A stretch of DNA of 61,577 nt, the filler included. It is 8 parts of 8 records of this genome, joined end to end, with 100 filler letters (N's around TTAATTAATTAA, not from the genome) between each part and the next. Parts side by side here need not be neighbours in the genome. Positions count along the whole stretch, not along the records: positions 46,585 to 55,071 come from SRR31156797_40381; positions 55,172 to 61,577 come from SRR31156797_40390; 6 more parts are not named here. The stretch is one strand, 5' to 3'. Positions 46,609 through 59,340 of the stretch are shown piece after piece. The first letter of the stretch is position 1. Each line of letters starts with the position of its first letter. The notes beneath the pieces were generated by a model. The model was not told where the DNA came from. It saw nothing but the letters and a program-made list of their open reading frames with translations, and searched no databases. The translations under genes and the position numbers were made by a program.

Positions 46609-49600
46609 ATGGTAAAAAGCGGTGACATAAAAGTCATTAAATTTTTTGTATTTCTAGCTGTATTTCTGAGTTGTGCTTTAGAAAATTATTCTACAAGCAC
46701 AAAGGATAGTTATACATATAAATTTTTATCGTTAAATTATTCTGAAAAATCGGATAATTCTACGAAACAGTTTAATTATACCCCTATTCAATCTATTCTC
46801 TTCCGAACAAAGCAAAATCAAAATGAACTTATTTGCCCCGAAAATATATCAACATACACAGATAATAACTCGTGCTCTGCTTATATTTCAGGTAACCTGA
46901 ACGCAACAATCTCAACGAATATTGTATTGTTAACCTGGGAAATGAATGGAGCAACTGAAGAAGCTTCAAACCAAATAGGGATAAACCAAATTAACGATCA
47001 TATTTTCAACGAAGGAACAACCATCATTACTTATACCGCTTACGATTTAAACAACAATGCATTTACCGATTCTTTTACTGTCACTATCTCCGACAATCAG
47101 GTGCCGCAAGTTGTCAACTTACCTAGCGACATATTTGCAAGAACCTTAAATTCTGAATGTTATGCCACCGTTTTTTGGCAAAACCCAACCGCTATCGACA
47201 ACTGTTTCAACCCGGAAGAAATACAATGGTCTGTAACTCACGAGCCCGGAAGTTTATTTCCGCTGGGAACAACAGAAGTTACTTACACACTGGTCGATGG
47301 AATTGAAAACAACAGTGTAAGCCATTCTTTTTTTGTTACTGTAGTGGATAACGAAGCTCCTGTTATTGGCTTCTGCCCAACCGACATTTTTGTGTATACC
47401 GACTCGGGAAGTTGCGACGCCCGGGTTTTATGGAACGAGCCAAATGCAACAGATAATTGTACAGTTGCGGAGAATTTAATCTGGGAAAAATCGCATGAAC
47501 CCGGAAGTACTTTCCCGGTTGGAACCACTGAAGTTTTTTATAAAATAATTGATGAATCGGGCAATATAAACAACCAATGCCGCTTTAATGTTACTGTAGT
47601 TGACAGAACAACCCCGCTTTTTACCGCTCCGCGAAATTTAATTTTAAAATGCAACGACAACCCAATTCCTGCCTGGGAAAATTTAAGTGAGTTCATTTCG
47701 GCAGGTGGAATTGCTGCCGACAATTGCATCCTGGATGAAAACAGTTTCCTGTTAATTTCAGAAAAACAAGACTACATCTCCTGCCCTTTTACCATTACCC
47801 GCACTTATCAAATTTCCGACATCTACGGAAACACCACAACCGCAACACATTCTCAACAGTTTTTTGAACCTTTGGTGTCTTTAAAATCAGGTTTGGAAGT
47901 TTCTGCTATTAATTTGGATGCTTTGCTTACCCCGACCGATGTTTCATGTAATGGAGGAATTGATGGAAGTATTATTACATCTATTATTGATGGAGATCTG
48001 CCCATTTCTTATTTATGGTCAACTTCAGATGGTAGTGGATTAAATCCAACAGCTCAAAACCAAAGCGGGCTAACAGCAGGAACTTATACTGTTGATATTA
48101 CAGATGCTGATGAAACAATCCAATATTCTGTTACAATTAATGAACCTAACCCATTAACAATTACATCTCAACCAGCAGATTTAATCGAATGTGAAGGCCA
48201 CATTGTTTCCTTTAACACTACAGCATCCGATGGCTCAGGAAGCTATTCCTATACATGGCAAAGAAGAAGACCTTCAGAAGGGTCTTTCTCTGATCTTTCG
48301 GCAGGAGGAAATATTTCATTTCCTACACCTGATGAATTAAGAATTGTAAATGTTGGAAGTGCTGATAATCCGGATGGAACAGAATATCGGGTAATAATTG
48401 ACGATGGGTGTGAAACAGTAACTTCAAATACAGCAACTTTAAGCGTAAATGAATTAACTGGAATTACAAATTCGATTAATAGTCCCTCGACAACAAATGT
48501 TATAATTTGTTATGGTGATAACTTTTCATATACCGTTTCCACTTCAGGCGAGACACCTGTATCGTACCAATGGAAGAAATGGATTCTTCCTGGTAGCTGG
48601 GCCAATGTTTCTAACGGAGGTGCAATTTCAGGAGCAACCTCAAACAGTTTAACATTTACAAATGCTACACCTGCAGAAACTGGTGATTACAAAGTAACCG
48701 TTACTTTCCCATCTTCGGGCGCTGACTGCAATGTAACAAGTGATAATTTAGATAGATATCTTACCGTTCGGGATGAATTTATTGAACCTGTTGTTTCAAC
48801 CGACCAAATAATATGTTATAACGAAATTCCGGCACAATTAACAGCAACTGCTTCCACCGGAGGAAGCGGTCCAATTTCATACCAATGGCAAAGCAGCACA
48901 AATGGCGTAACCTTTTCAAACATTACTGGAGAAACAAGCTTAACCTATTCTCCTCCAGCCCTAACAAATACTACTTATTACCGACTCGTTGCAACAGACG
49001 ATGGAACCCCCTCTTGCGGTTCAGTAAACAGCAATTCGATACAAATCACAGTCAATCCATTACCTACAGCATCCATTGCCGGCACAACTTCCCTTTGCCC
49101 TAATGCAGCCCAACCTGATATCACATTTACAGGAGCAAATGGTACCGCACCATACACTTTTACATATAATATTAACGGAGGAGCAAACCAAACCATTACT
49201 ACAACTTCCGGAAATTCAGTTACTCTATCTATTCCTACCAATACAGAAGGAATTTTTAACTATAATTTAGTAAGCGTTTCTGATGCAAATGGTTGTTCTC
49301 AATCTCAAACAGGTACGGCCACAATAACTGTTGAAGATAATATTCTACCAACAATATCCTGCCCTGCAAATATTACACAAACAGCTGACCCTGGCTCATG
49401 CGAAGCGAACATTACCATTCCAGTTCCTACCACTAATGACAACTGCAGCATAGCATCTGTTTTAAATAATTTCAACAATACTTCAAATGCCAGCGATTCA
49501 TATCCTGTTGGAACAACAACGATTATCTGGACGGTTACTGACATCAGTGGAAACATAGCTACTTGCACACAAACAGTTACAATAACAGACGATGAAGCAC

Positions 49601-52600
49601 CTGTTATTTCAAACTGCCCATCCGACATTACCGTAAATACAACTTCAGGAAACTGCACAGGAGTGGCCAGTTGGTTCGACCCAACAGCATCTGACAATTG
49701 TACACCAAACACCAACCTTACCTGGAACCGTTCTCATATTCCGGGAAGTACATTCCCTTCAGGTACAACAGTAGTTACATACGATGTAACCGACATTGCC
49801 GGAAACATAAGCGCTGTTTGCAGTTTTACTGTTACAGTTGAAGATAACCAATCGCCTGTTGCTGAATCATGCCCAAACGATTATGTTGTGGAAACAGATC
49901 TGGATGACTGTTTTGCTACTGTTAATTACACTTTGCCAACGTTTAGCGACAACTGCGATGGCTCCGAACTATCGGGTATTTTAGTTGCAGGATCAGCACC
50001 AGGTTCAGCCTTTTTAACCGGCACAACAACTATAACTTATGAATATACAGATGCAGCAAATAATGGAACTGCTACATGTTCATTCGACATAATTGTTTCA
50101 GACAATCAGGATCCAACCATCACATGCCCGGCCGATATAATTGATTACGTTGATGCCGGCCAGTGTGAAGCAAGTATTTCTGTTCCATTGCCGTTTGCTG
50201 ATGATAACTGTTCTGTAGTTTCATTAATAAATGATTTTAACGGGACAAATGATGCTAGCGACACATATCCCGTTGGAAACACTACCGTATTATGGACAGC
50301 AACTGATAATGCTGGAAATGTTGAACAGTGTTTCCAATCCATTTTAGTAATAGACGATGAACCTCCAACAGCAAATCCACTCCCTGACATTGGACCGTTC
50401 GACTGTTTTGCAGATATTCCGACACCTAATACCGGTGATGTAACAAATATTAACGACAATTGTGGGGGAACAATTAATGTACAATTCTTAAACGATTCTG
50501 GAAGTGGAACATGTTCATATACAATTACAAGAACTTATATCTTAACCGATCAGTACGGAAATACAATTAATATTTCTCAAAATATTCTAATTGACGACAC
50601 CATTGCCCCTACCGCAGATCCAATGCCGGCACTTGGCCCTTACAATTGTTATTCCGATATTCCTGCAGGAAGTGCCAGCAATGTTATAGGTGAAACCGAC
50701 AATTGCGGAGGCATTGTAACGGTTACACTAATTGGAACAGATTCTGATCCGGGATGTTCTGCGACCATTTACCGTTACTATCAGCTGGAAGATGCTTGTG
50801 GAAACCGAGACACAATTTCACAACAAATAATTATTAATGACAATACAGCACCCGTTTTATCTGGAATTCCTTCCAATATTACACTAAATTGTGATGAAAG
50901 CATACCTGCTGTATCTGTTACCGCAACAGATAATTGTGGAGCTTCTCCAACAATTGTAATGGATACCGTTAGCACTACCCAAACATTTAATGGTTCTTGT
51001 AACGACTTTAGTTATACTTATACAAGAAGATGGACAGCTACAGACGATTGTGGAAATAGCTCAACAGCTACTCAAACAATTACATTTATCGACAATACAG
51101 CTCCATCAATAACGGCACCTCCTAATATTATAATCGATTGTTCAGATGTATTAGATACTTCTTTTACAGGTACTCCTATAGTAAGCGACAATTGCGATCC
51201 ATCGCCTGTAATTACATATACCGATGTAATTGTTCCAGTAGGCTGCGCCAACGAAATGTCAATAACCAGAACTTTTACCGTAACCGATGCTTGTGGAAAT
51301 GCTGAAACAGTAGTGCAGCTTATTGGTGTTGAGGATGCCGTTCCTCCTACATTCGATAATTTTCCTGCTGACATAACAGTAACATGCCCTGACGACATTC
51401 CAGAGATAGACACAACACTTACTGCTACAGATAATTGTGGAATAGCCACTGTTGAATATATCGGTGAATCTTATTTTGGGTTAGGCGACCAACCGGGATT
51501 TTGTCCAACATCAGTAGAAGCATACTATCGTGCAACCGATGAATGTGGGAATTATACCGACATGACCCGAATTATTACAATTACAGACGACTGTGGCTGC
51601 AACGAATGTGAATCATCAGTTCCTCACCAAATTGCCGATTTACGATCAAATCCGGATTCAGTTTGGATCGGGGAATGGCTAAAAAGAAATGGAACTTGTT
51701 GCGATCAACCCAGAAATCACGAATGCCAGTCCATTACCTTATATTTAAGTCCTGATGCAATAAGTGTTGTTGTTCAGGATGTAAAAGCTCCTTCATATGG
51801 TAGCGAAACATATCAAGTAGATTGTGGGATAGAAAGTACATTCGGAACCGAACTTTGTGTTGAAGGAGGTGGCGTACATACAATTACAATCTGTAAGCCG
51901 GGAAAAGAAAAACAGCAAATAATGATCACCCAGGTTTCTGGCGTTATTGCACCTGCTAATATTACAACGAGAGTAGGTTGTGATTATGTTGTGACAGTTG
52001 ATGGAGATGTTGATGAATCAACAATAACCTGGAGGGATATTTCAGGGAATGGATATGAAAGTTATCTTTCATGCACTTCAGGTTGTTACACCAGTATTTT
52101 CACTCCTGATGGAGATGCACCAAATACAGTTCAATATGAAGTTTGTGGAAATATATTAGGCAACATTTGTTTAGGAGGTGCCGATGTTTGCGACACAGTT
52201 ACAATTACGGTTATACCAAACATTGACATTGAAGTCGATTCAGTTGAAGTTTGTGAGGGAGAAAATCCAATAATAACTGCAAACCCATTACCCGTTGGAA
52301 CATACAATATATATTGGTATAATGATATAAATGCAGGAGGCTCATTAATTGCTCAGGAAATGGGTGTTTCTTCATCTACATTAGACCCGGGAATATTGCC
52401 AGTTGGAACTTACAATTATTCAGTACTTGCAATCGAAGTAGCCACCGGATTAGAGTGTGCAGAAGATACGGCCAATTTCCAGATTGTTGTCCACCCACTA
52501 CCAGTTTTTGATTTGGGAGACGACGAAGCACTTTGTACGGAAGATATATTAACTTTTGATTTGCCCGATGAATATTCATACACCTGGGCACCTACTACAA

Positions 52601-55071
52601 ATGTTGAATTCGGAAGTGATTCTTCTCAATTTACAATCACACCAACTGGTGCCGGAGTATATACTTATGTTGTAACCGCAACATCAGAATATGGTTGCGT
52701 TTTTTCCGACTCTTTTACTTTAACCGTTGATGTTTGCCTTGATTGCGGTGATACCACTATGTGCCCCGATGGAACAATAACAATAAATACAATATCCGAA
52801 TTTGAAGCTGCGGGAGGAATCGTTGATTTCCCTTGTACTGTTGAAGAAAATAGTATTTCATTAATATCATCTATTTCCGATTATGCTTCTTGTCCTGAAA
52901 CAATAATCAATACGTATGAAGTTTGGGATAATTGTGGGAATACTGCCCAGTGTGACTTTATAATTACATTAACCGACACAGTTCCTCCAACCGTAACTTG
53001 TCCTGCAGATATAACTTTGGATGCCTGTTCATCTTTAGATTTAGAATCTTTAACAGGATTACCGGTTTCGGCTTCGGAATCAACAATTACACTTGCTCAA
53101 TTTCAGGCAACAGGTGGTGATGCAAATGATAATTGTGAATTTACCATCACATACCGCGATGTTGTAACAGGAACATGTCCAACAAGTGTACAACGATTCT
53201 TTACCGTTACCGATTCTTGCGACAATCAGGTACAATGTCAACAAAACATAACAATCAATGATGAAACCCCACCAATCATAAATTGTCCTCCTAATATTTC
53301 AATGCTTTCATGCGATAATAGCGATTTATTAACAATAACAAACCTCCCATTTGCATCAACAAGTACAATTATTACACTTTCAGATTTTAATTTAGCAAAT
53401 GGAACCATTGATGAAGATTGTGGTATTTTTCAAATTTCTTACATCGATTCAGAATCTGGTAGCTGCCCGGTAGTTTTTAACAGAACTTTCACCGTTATCG
53501 ATTTATGTGGAAATGCTGATACTTGCACACAAACTATTACATTAAACGACACTGTGCCACCAGTTATGAGTTGCCCTCCTGATGTAAATACTGAATGCAT
53601 TGAAGATATTCCTGCTGCATATTCTGATTTTGCCTCATTTACAAGTGCCGGTGGATCCGCTTCAGACAATTGTAATTTACTTGAAGCTTCCTTCAACCTG
53701 GAAAGTGAAACCAGAAGTACTGGTGCCTGTCCTATAATAGTTGAAAGAATTTACAGCATTACCGACAATTGTAATAACATTGCATACTGCACACAAACAT
53801 TTACATTCGACGACAATGAAGCACCAGTTTTACACGATATTCCTGATGATGTATCTTTTGAATGTTCAGATTGCATACAAGCCTTTCTAAATGGAGACTT
53901 TGAAGACAATAATTTATCATCATCACAAGGATGGGATTATGAAAATGAAGATGATGTGCCTGGCTGGGATACTGATTCTCCAACTAATAACATTGAGATA
54001 CAACGTTCAGGAAGCATCAACGGTGTTATTTCACATTCAGGCGATTTTCATGCTGAATTAAATGCTGATACTGATGGAGACTTTTATCAGGAATTTTGTA
54101 CTGTCCCAACAACTTGGGTGCAAATTACTTTTTGGCACCGTTGGCGACCACCAATGAGCGTAAATCCATCAGACGATATAATGGGAATTTATGTTGGTCC
54201 TGACCATAATAATGTAAGTCTGGTGGCTACAGTTACTTCTCCGGCAAATGTAGCTTCAGATTTTTGGCAACAATATACTTTTTCCTTTGCTGTTCCAGCC
54301 GGTCAAACTTCTTCAGCATTTCTTTTTAGGGCAATTCAGGGTGCACCAACGAATAATACTTATGGTAATTTAATTGATGATATTCAGGTAACAACTCTTT
54401 TTGATCCATCGGCAATACCGTATGCAACCGACAATTGCGATGCAGCGATTGATCTTACAGAACAACGAATTGACGGGGAATGCGAAGGTAATTATGAATT
54501 AATCAGAACCTGGACAGCCACAGATTATTGTGGAAACTCTACTTCAGCAACACAAACAGTCACTGTTGGTGATTTTGAAGATCCCGTATTACATGGATTA
54601 CCCAATGACACTACTGTAAATTGTGGTGAAATTCCAGACCCACCAGAAGTTACCGCTACCGACAATTGTGCTCTTGATACTCTGATTTATTCTGAACTGG
54701 GAGGTTACGGATGTAATTATGTAATTGAAAGAACATGGACGGCTTCTGACGAGTGTAACCATATAACAACTTACACACAATATATTACTGTTCAAGACAC
54801 AAGTCCACCAACAATTTATTGCCCTGATGACACAATTGTACAATGTATTGATGATATTCCACTTCCCGATATCACACAAGTTATTGCTGTAGACTCATGT
54901 AACGATGCAGTTGTTAGTTTTGTTAGCGACATTTCTGATGGAAATACATGCCCCGAAATAATTACACGAACATACCAGGCGGTTGATAGTTGTGGAAATG
55001 TAGCAACTTGTACTCAAACAATTACAGTTAATGATACAATCCCACCTGAATTCACTGTTCCCGAAGATATT
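46609..55071 (+). CDS. Giant HYR/HYR-like/Ig/SprB-repeat surface protein, 3' truncated
   Basis: More than 2800 aa; repeated P.I.CP.DI..ATDNC..GS.FP.GTT.V.Y (HYR) and ITRT(Y/W)..TD.CGN units; one SprB-like repeat; Ig domains. Confidence 0.88.
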
Positions 55072-55171
55072 NNNNNNNNNNNNNNNNNNNNNNNNNNNNN
55101 NNNNNNNNNNNNNNNTTAATTAATTAANNNNNNNNNNNNNNNNNNNNNNNNNNNNNNNNNNNNNNNNNNNN
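55072..55171. other. Artificial contig spacer
   Basis: N44-TTAATTAATTAA-N44. Confidence 0.99.
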
Positions 55172-55173
55172 AT

Positions 55174-57594
55174 GTATGGGAATGGTGTTGGGATTGGTAT
55201 GGCGTGTACACGAATCAAATATGTGTGAATCCTATTGGAGCATCAACTGGGGAGAGACGAGTGATGCGAGGTGGAAGTTGGCCTGATGAAGCACACGCTT
55301 GTAGAGTCTCAAATCGTGGTGAACGTGATCCTTCATATTGTCTATATAGTGGTTTTCGTTTAGCTAAAAATGGAGATACTCCGCCTGATAATTCAAGACC
55401 AAGCATAGATAATTTAGTGTCTGATACGAATTATGTTAAAATTGGGAATTCAGTACAGATTACTTGTTATGCATCTGATAACGATAACGACGATTTGATT
55501 TATTCTTGGAAGAGTAATGCTGGTGAAATAACTGGTGACAGTGCAATTGCGGTATTTACCGCACCATATGATAAAGAAAATGTAATAATATCATGTATGG
55601 TTTGCGATGGTAAGGGGGGTGAAAGTTATGGAAATATTAGCATTACAGTTGATGATGATATGATTTTTGTTGGAGGTGGGGAATTCTGGATGGGTAATAT
55701 TTGGAATGAAGTTGCAAATCAAAATGACAGACCTGTTCATTTTGTTGCTTTAAGTGATTATTCGATCTCAAAATACGAAATTACACACGAAGATTATATT
55801 ACATTTCTTAATGATATTGATAAATCTATCCTAAGCTATGATGCTTATGGGAATTTATTTATAAATGGAAATATTGCTGTTGAATTAGATGATGGGGATT
55901 GTGAGATTGGTATAGAAAATGGGAAATATTATTTTCAAGGTTCAAATATTGCCAGCAGTCAAAGATGCCCAATAACTGAAGTAAGTTGGTTTGGTGCAAT
56001 AGAATATTGTAACTGGTTGAGTGAAAAATCCGGTTTAGGGAAAGTCTATACTGTAAATAGCTCAGTTGTTGAAATGGATGTTACACAGAATGGTTATCGT
56101 TTACCAACTGAAGCAGAGTGGGAGTTTGCAGCAAGGTCTAGAGGAAGTGAAAATCAAAAGTATAGTGGTACAGTTAATGAAGGACAACTTGTTAATTATG
56201 CTTGGTATAGCAGTAATAGTTTAAATAAAAATCATATTGTTGGGAGTTTAGATCCAAACGAACTTGGTTTATATGATATGAGTGGAAATGCATTCGAGTG
56301 GATTTGGAATTGGGATGCTCCATACGATACTACTTCGAAAATAAACCCAGTTGGACCTCTAACTGGAAATGTGAGAATGAGAAGAGGTGGGTCGTGGAAA
56401 GAAAATAGTTATAGTTGTCGAACGTGTGATAGAAATTCAAAACAGCCTGGTTTATGTGATAATGATCTAAGTTTTAGAATTACAAAAAATGAAGAGTTAA
56501 GATTTAATAATCCCCCTGTAATAAGCAGGATTGATATTTCCCCTAAGTCTATAAAATCAAATTGGGATACTGAGATAAGATGTATTGCATATGATCCTGA
56601 AGGTCAGGAATTAACATATGAATGGTCTTCAAATGGAGGTATTTTTAATAAAAATGATTCAATAGTTACTTTTACATCTACTACAAATGAAGGTGCTTAT
56701 TATATAACATGTAAAGCTTTTGATGGCTATGATGAAACGACACATACCAGTTATTTTGAAATTGAAGATAATATGGTATATATATTTGGCGGTGATTTTA
56801 GAATGGGTGAGATATGGGGGGATGTTGATACGTCTACTATTCCTATTCATAATGTTACATTAAGTGATTTTATTATTGCTGAAGCAGAAGTAACAAATCA
56901 AGCATATATAGATTTTTTAAATGCAAAAGGAATTTCTTTTGATGGAAAATATAATGGAAATTTATTGATTGAAATGGAAGATAGTAGGTGTGCGATTGGA
57001 CATAATGGATCAAACTTTTACTTTAGGGGAGCAGATAAAGCTAACCAAAGTGATTGTCCTGTAATATTAGTTACCTGGATAGGTGCCATAGAATATTGTA
57101 ACTGGTTTAGTACAAATGAAGGACTTAATCCTTGTTATACTATTAATAATTCCAATGTTTCATGTGATTTTAATGCAAATGGTTATAGGCTTCTTACTGA
57201 TGCAGAATGGGAGTATGCAGCAAGAAGTGCAGGCAGAGAAGATAGAAAATATACTGGTACGAATATTTATAATGAAATAGACACTTATGCATGGACTATT
57301 AGAAATAGTTCAAATATTACTCATCCGGTAAAAACTAGAGATCCCAATGATATTGGTATATATGATATGATAGGTAATGTATGGGAGCATTGCTGGGACT
57401 GGTACAGCACAGATGAACAAAATGATCAAATTGATCCAGTGGGGCCCTCAACAGGAACCAGGAGAGTACATAGAGGTGGAGGGTGGGATTCGGACGAACC
57501 AAATTGTAAGACAACACATAGACATAAATATACTTTACAAAAGGGGTGGGATACTTTAGGATTTAGGATTGGAAGAAATATATTAAATCAATAA
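55174..57594 (+). CDS. Protein with at least three FGE-sulfatase (CLec-fold) domains separated by Ig/PKD-like domains, 5' truncated
   Basis: Frame open from VWEWCWDWY; RLPTEAEWE, GLYDMSGN and RGG.W...FR motifs repeated. Confidence 0.9.
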   Translation, partial: VWEWCWDWYGVYTNQICVNPIGASTGERRVMRGGSWPDEAHACRVSNRGERDPSYCLYSGFRLAKNGDTPPDNSRPSIDNLVSDTNYVKIGNSVQITCYASDNDNDDLIYSWKSNAGEITGDSAIAVFTAPYDKENVIISCMVCDGKGGESYGNISITVDDDMIFVGGGEFWMGNIWNEVANQNDRPVHFVALSDYSISKYEITHEDYITFLNDIDKSILSYDAYGNLFINGNIAVELDDGDCEIGIENGKYYFQGSNIASSQRCPITEVSWFGAIEYCNWLSEKSGLGKVYTVNSSVVEMDVTQNGYRLPTEAEWEFAARSRGSENQKYSGTVNEGQLVNYAWYSSNSLNKNHIVGSLDPNELGLYDMSGNAFEWIWNWDAPYDTTSKINPVGPLTGNVRMRRGGSWKENSYSCRTCDRNSKQPGLCDNDLSFRITKNEELRFNNPPVISRIDISPKSIKSNWDTEIRCIAYDPEGQELTYEWSSNGGIFNKNDSIVTFTSTTNEGAYYITCKAFDGYDETTHTSYFEIEDNMVYIFGGDFRMGEIWGDVDTSTIPIHNVTLSDFIIAEAEVTNQAYIDFLNAKGISFDGKYNGNLLIEMEDSRCAIGHNGSNFYFRGADKANQSDCPVILVTWIGAIEYCNWFSTNEGLNPCYTINNSNVSCDFNANGYRLLTDAEWEYAARSAGREDRKYTGTNIYNEIDTYAWTIRNSSNITHPVKTRDPNDIGIYDMIGNVWEHCWDWYSTDEQNDQIDPVGPSTGTRRVHRGGGWDSDEPNCKTTHRHKYTLQKGWDTLGFRIGRNILNQ

Positions 57595-57605
57595 GTAGGT
57601 ACATA

Positions 57606-59336
57606 ATGAGAAGATATTTATTAATAATAATATTAATTGTGAGTTCATTTCTCTTCGCTGACGAATTCATCGTTAAATCATTTACTCAATTGGATAATGA
57701 TCTGTCTGCTCGGAAATATGTAAAGCATGATATTAACGGCGAAGCTTGTGCTTTGCTAAAAATAAAGACGGATATTGAACAAGCTTTGCAATTCGATTCG
57801 AACATGGGACTCCCCGTATCACCTGAAAAGAAAAATTCCGGAGAATATTGGATCTATGTTACTCCCGGTGAACGGGCACTTAAATGTATGGCTGATGGTT
57901 TTATTCCTAAGACAGTGCCATTGGAAAACGAAAGTAAGATCAAATCCTTGACGGTGTATGAACTCCAGTTGTCATCTAAAGAAAAAAATATTCAAAGTCT
58001 GCCTGTGACCATTCTAACAACTCCTGGAGATGCGGAAAAATGGATAGATGGTGAACTTCTTGGTAGTGGGGATAATTATCAAATTCCCGTTGGTGAACAT
58101 AAATTGAAAATTTCTAAAAAGGGTTATAAGAGTTATATTAGCGAAATTGAAATCAATATTGATAATGTGCTGTTTAAGGATATTAAATTACAGGAAATTG
58201 AATCTCTCCCCGTACAAATAACTTCTACTCCTCAGAAAGCCGATCTTTATATTAATGAAGAATTCAAAGGAATGACGAATTATTCAATATTTCTTGTTCC
58301 GGGTAAATATGAGATCCATTTAAGCAAACCGGGTTATATAAGTATTAAAGAGGATCTTGAGATAAACGAAGAAAAGTTCAACGGATTTCATTTTGATCTG
58401 GAAAAGAATGTTGGATACTTATCGCTAAGCATACAACCTGCGGACGCCAAGATCTTGATCGATAGAGTCGAACAGGATATTGCTGCATCTTATGAATTAT
58501 CACCCGGCTTACATAAGATCGCTATTTCAAAAGATGGTTTTACTTCTGTTAATGAAAGTATTGAGATCAAAAAAGGTGAGAAATTAAGTAAAGAAATTGT
58601 ACTTGATCAAATTACAGGTAGTTTGCAATTGACTGTTCAACCTCTTGATGCGAATGTTAGAATGATAACAAAGGGCGACATTGTATATCAGTATTGGCAT
58701 GGGATGAAACAATTAAAGAATATACCTATCGGGAACTATGAATTGGAATTTGTACGGGAAGGTTATGAACCCCAGAAGAAAAGTATAACGATAAGTGAAA
58801 ATAAGAAAACCGTAGTTCATGTCAGCTTGAGCGATCTTAATGCTGATCCTGAGGATCATAAAGAAGAAATGTTCAATATTAAGCCGTCGCCTAAGTATGA
58901 CCAACAGCTGTATAATAAGGTGCAGAAAGAAAGAAAACCATCAAAATTAAAAATCGGTGCTGAATTTGGTCCTTTTACTTTAGGAGCAAAGGTTGCATAC
59001 ATAATAGACAAAAAACAATCTGTAAATATGTATCTATTGCTTCGCCCTGTTGGTGCGTGCATTATGCCGACATTTGAATATTATATACCGCTTTCTGAGA
59101 GAATAGGGTTGGAAGTTGGTCCCGGAGTTCATGTTGGTTACGCTGTTATGCCAATACCGGGAATAACGATTGATAGTGATCTTGCAATAGGGATAAGTGC
59201 GATTCTAGGACTAAAATATTCTTTTGATGATTTACCATTAAAAATTGGATTACAATATCAACCCAGTTATTCAGCTATGGGTTCTTGGGCTGCTTCATGG
59301 ATGGATATAAACATGATGTTAGAGTTGGAAATTTAA
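57606..59336 (+). CDS. Exported PEGA-domain protein with C-terminal beta-barrel-like domain
   Basis: Signal peptide; repeated I.S.P..A.I.ID..PG.Y.I.ISK.GY units; C-terminal amphipathic strands. Confidence 0.8.
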   Translation: MRRYLLIIILIVSSFLFADEFIVKSFTQLDNDLSARKYVKHDINGEACALLKIKTDIEQALQFDSNMGLPVSPEKKNSGEYWIYVTPGERALKCMADGFIPKTVPLENESKIKSLTVYELQLSSKEKNIQSLPVTILTTPGDAEKWIDGELLGSGDNYQIPVGEHKLKISKKGYKSYISEIEINIDNVLFKDIKLQEIESLPVQITSTPQKADLYINEEFKGMTNYSIFLVPGKYEIHLSKPGYISIKEDLEINEEKFNGFHFDLEKNVGYLSLSIQPADAKILIDRVEQDIAASYELSPGLHKIAISKDGFTSVNESIEIKKGEKLSKEIVLDQITGSLQLTVQPLDANVRMITKGDIVYQYWHGMKQLKNIPIGNYELEFVREGYEPQKKSITISENKKTVVHVSLSDLNADPEDHKEEMFNIKPSPKYDQQLYNKVQKERKPSKLKIGAEFGPFTLGAKVAYIIDKKQSVNMYLLLRPVGACIMPTFEYYIPLSERIGLEVGPGVHVGYAVMPIPGITIDSDLAIGISAILGLKYSFDDLPLKIGLQYQPSYSAMGSWAASWMDINMMLELEI

Positions 59337-59340
59337 TAAA

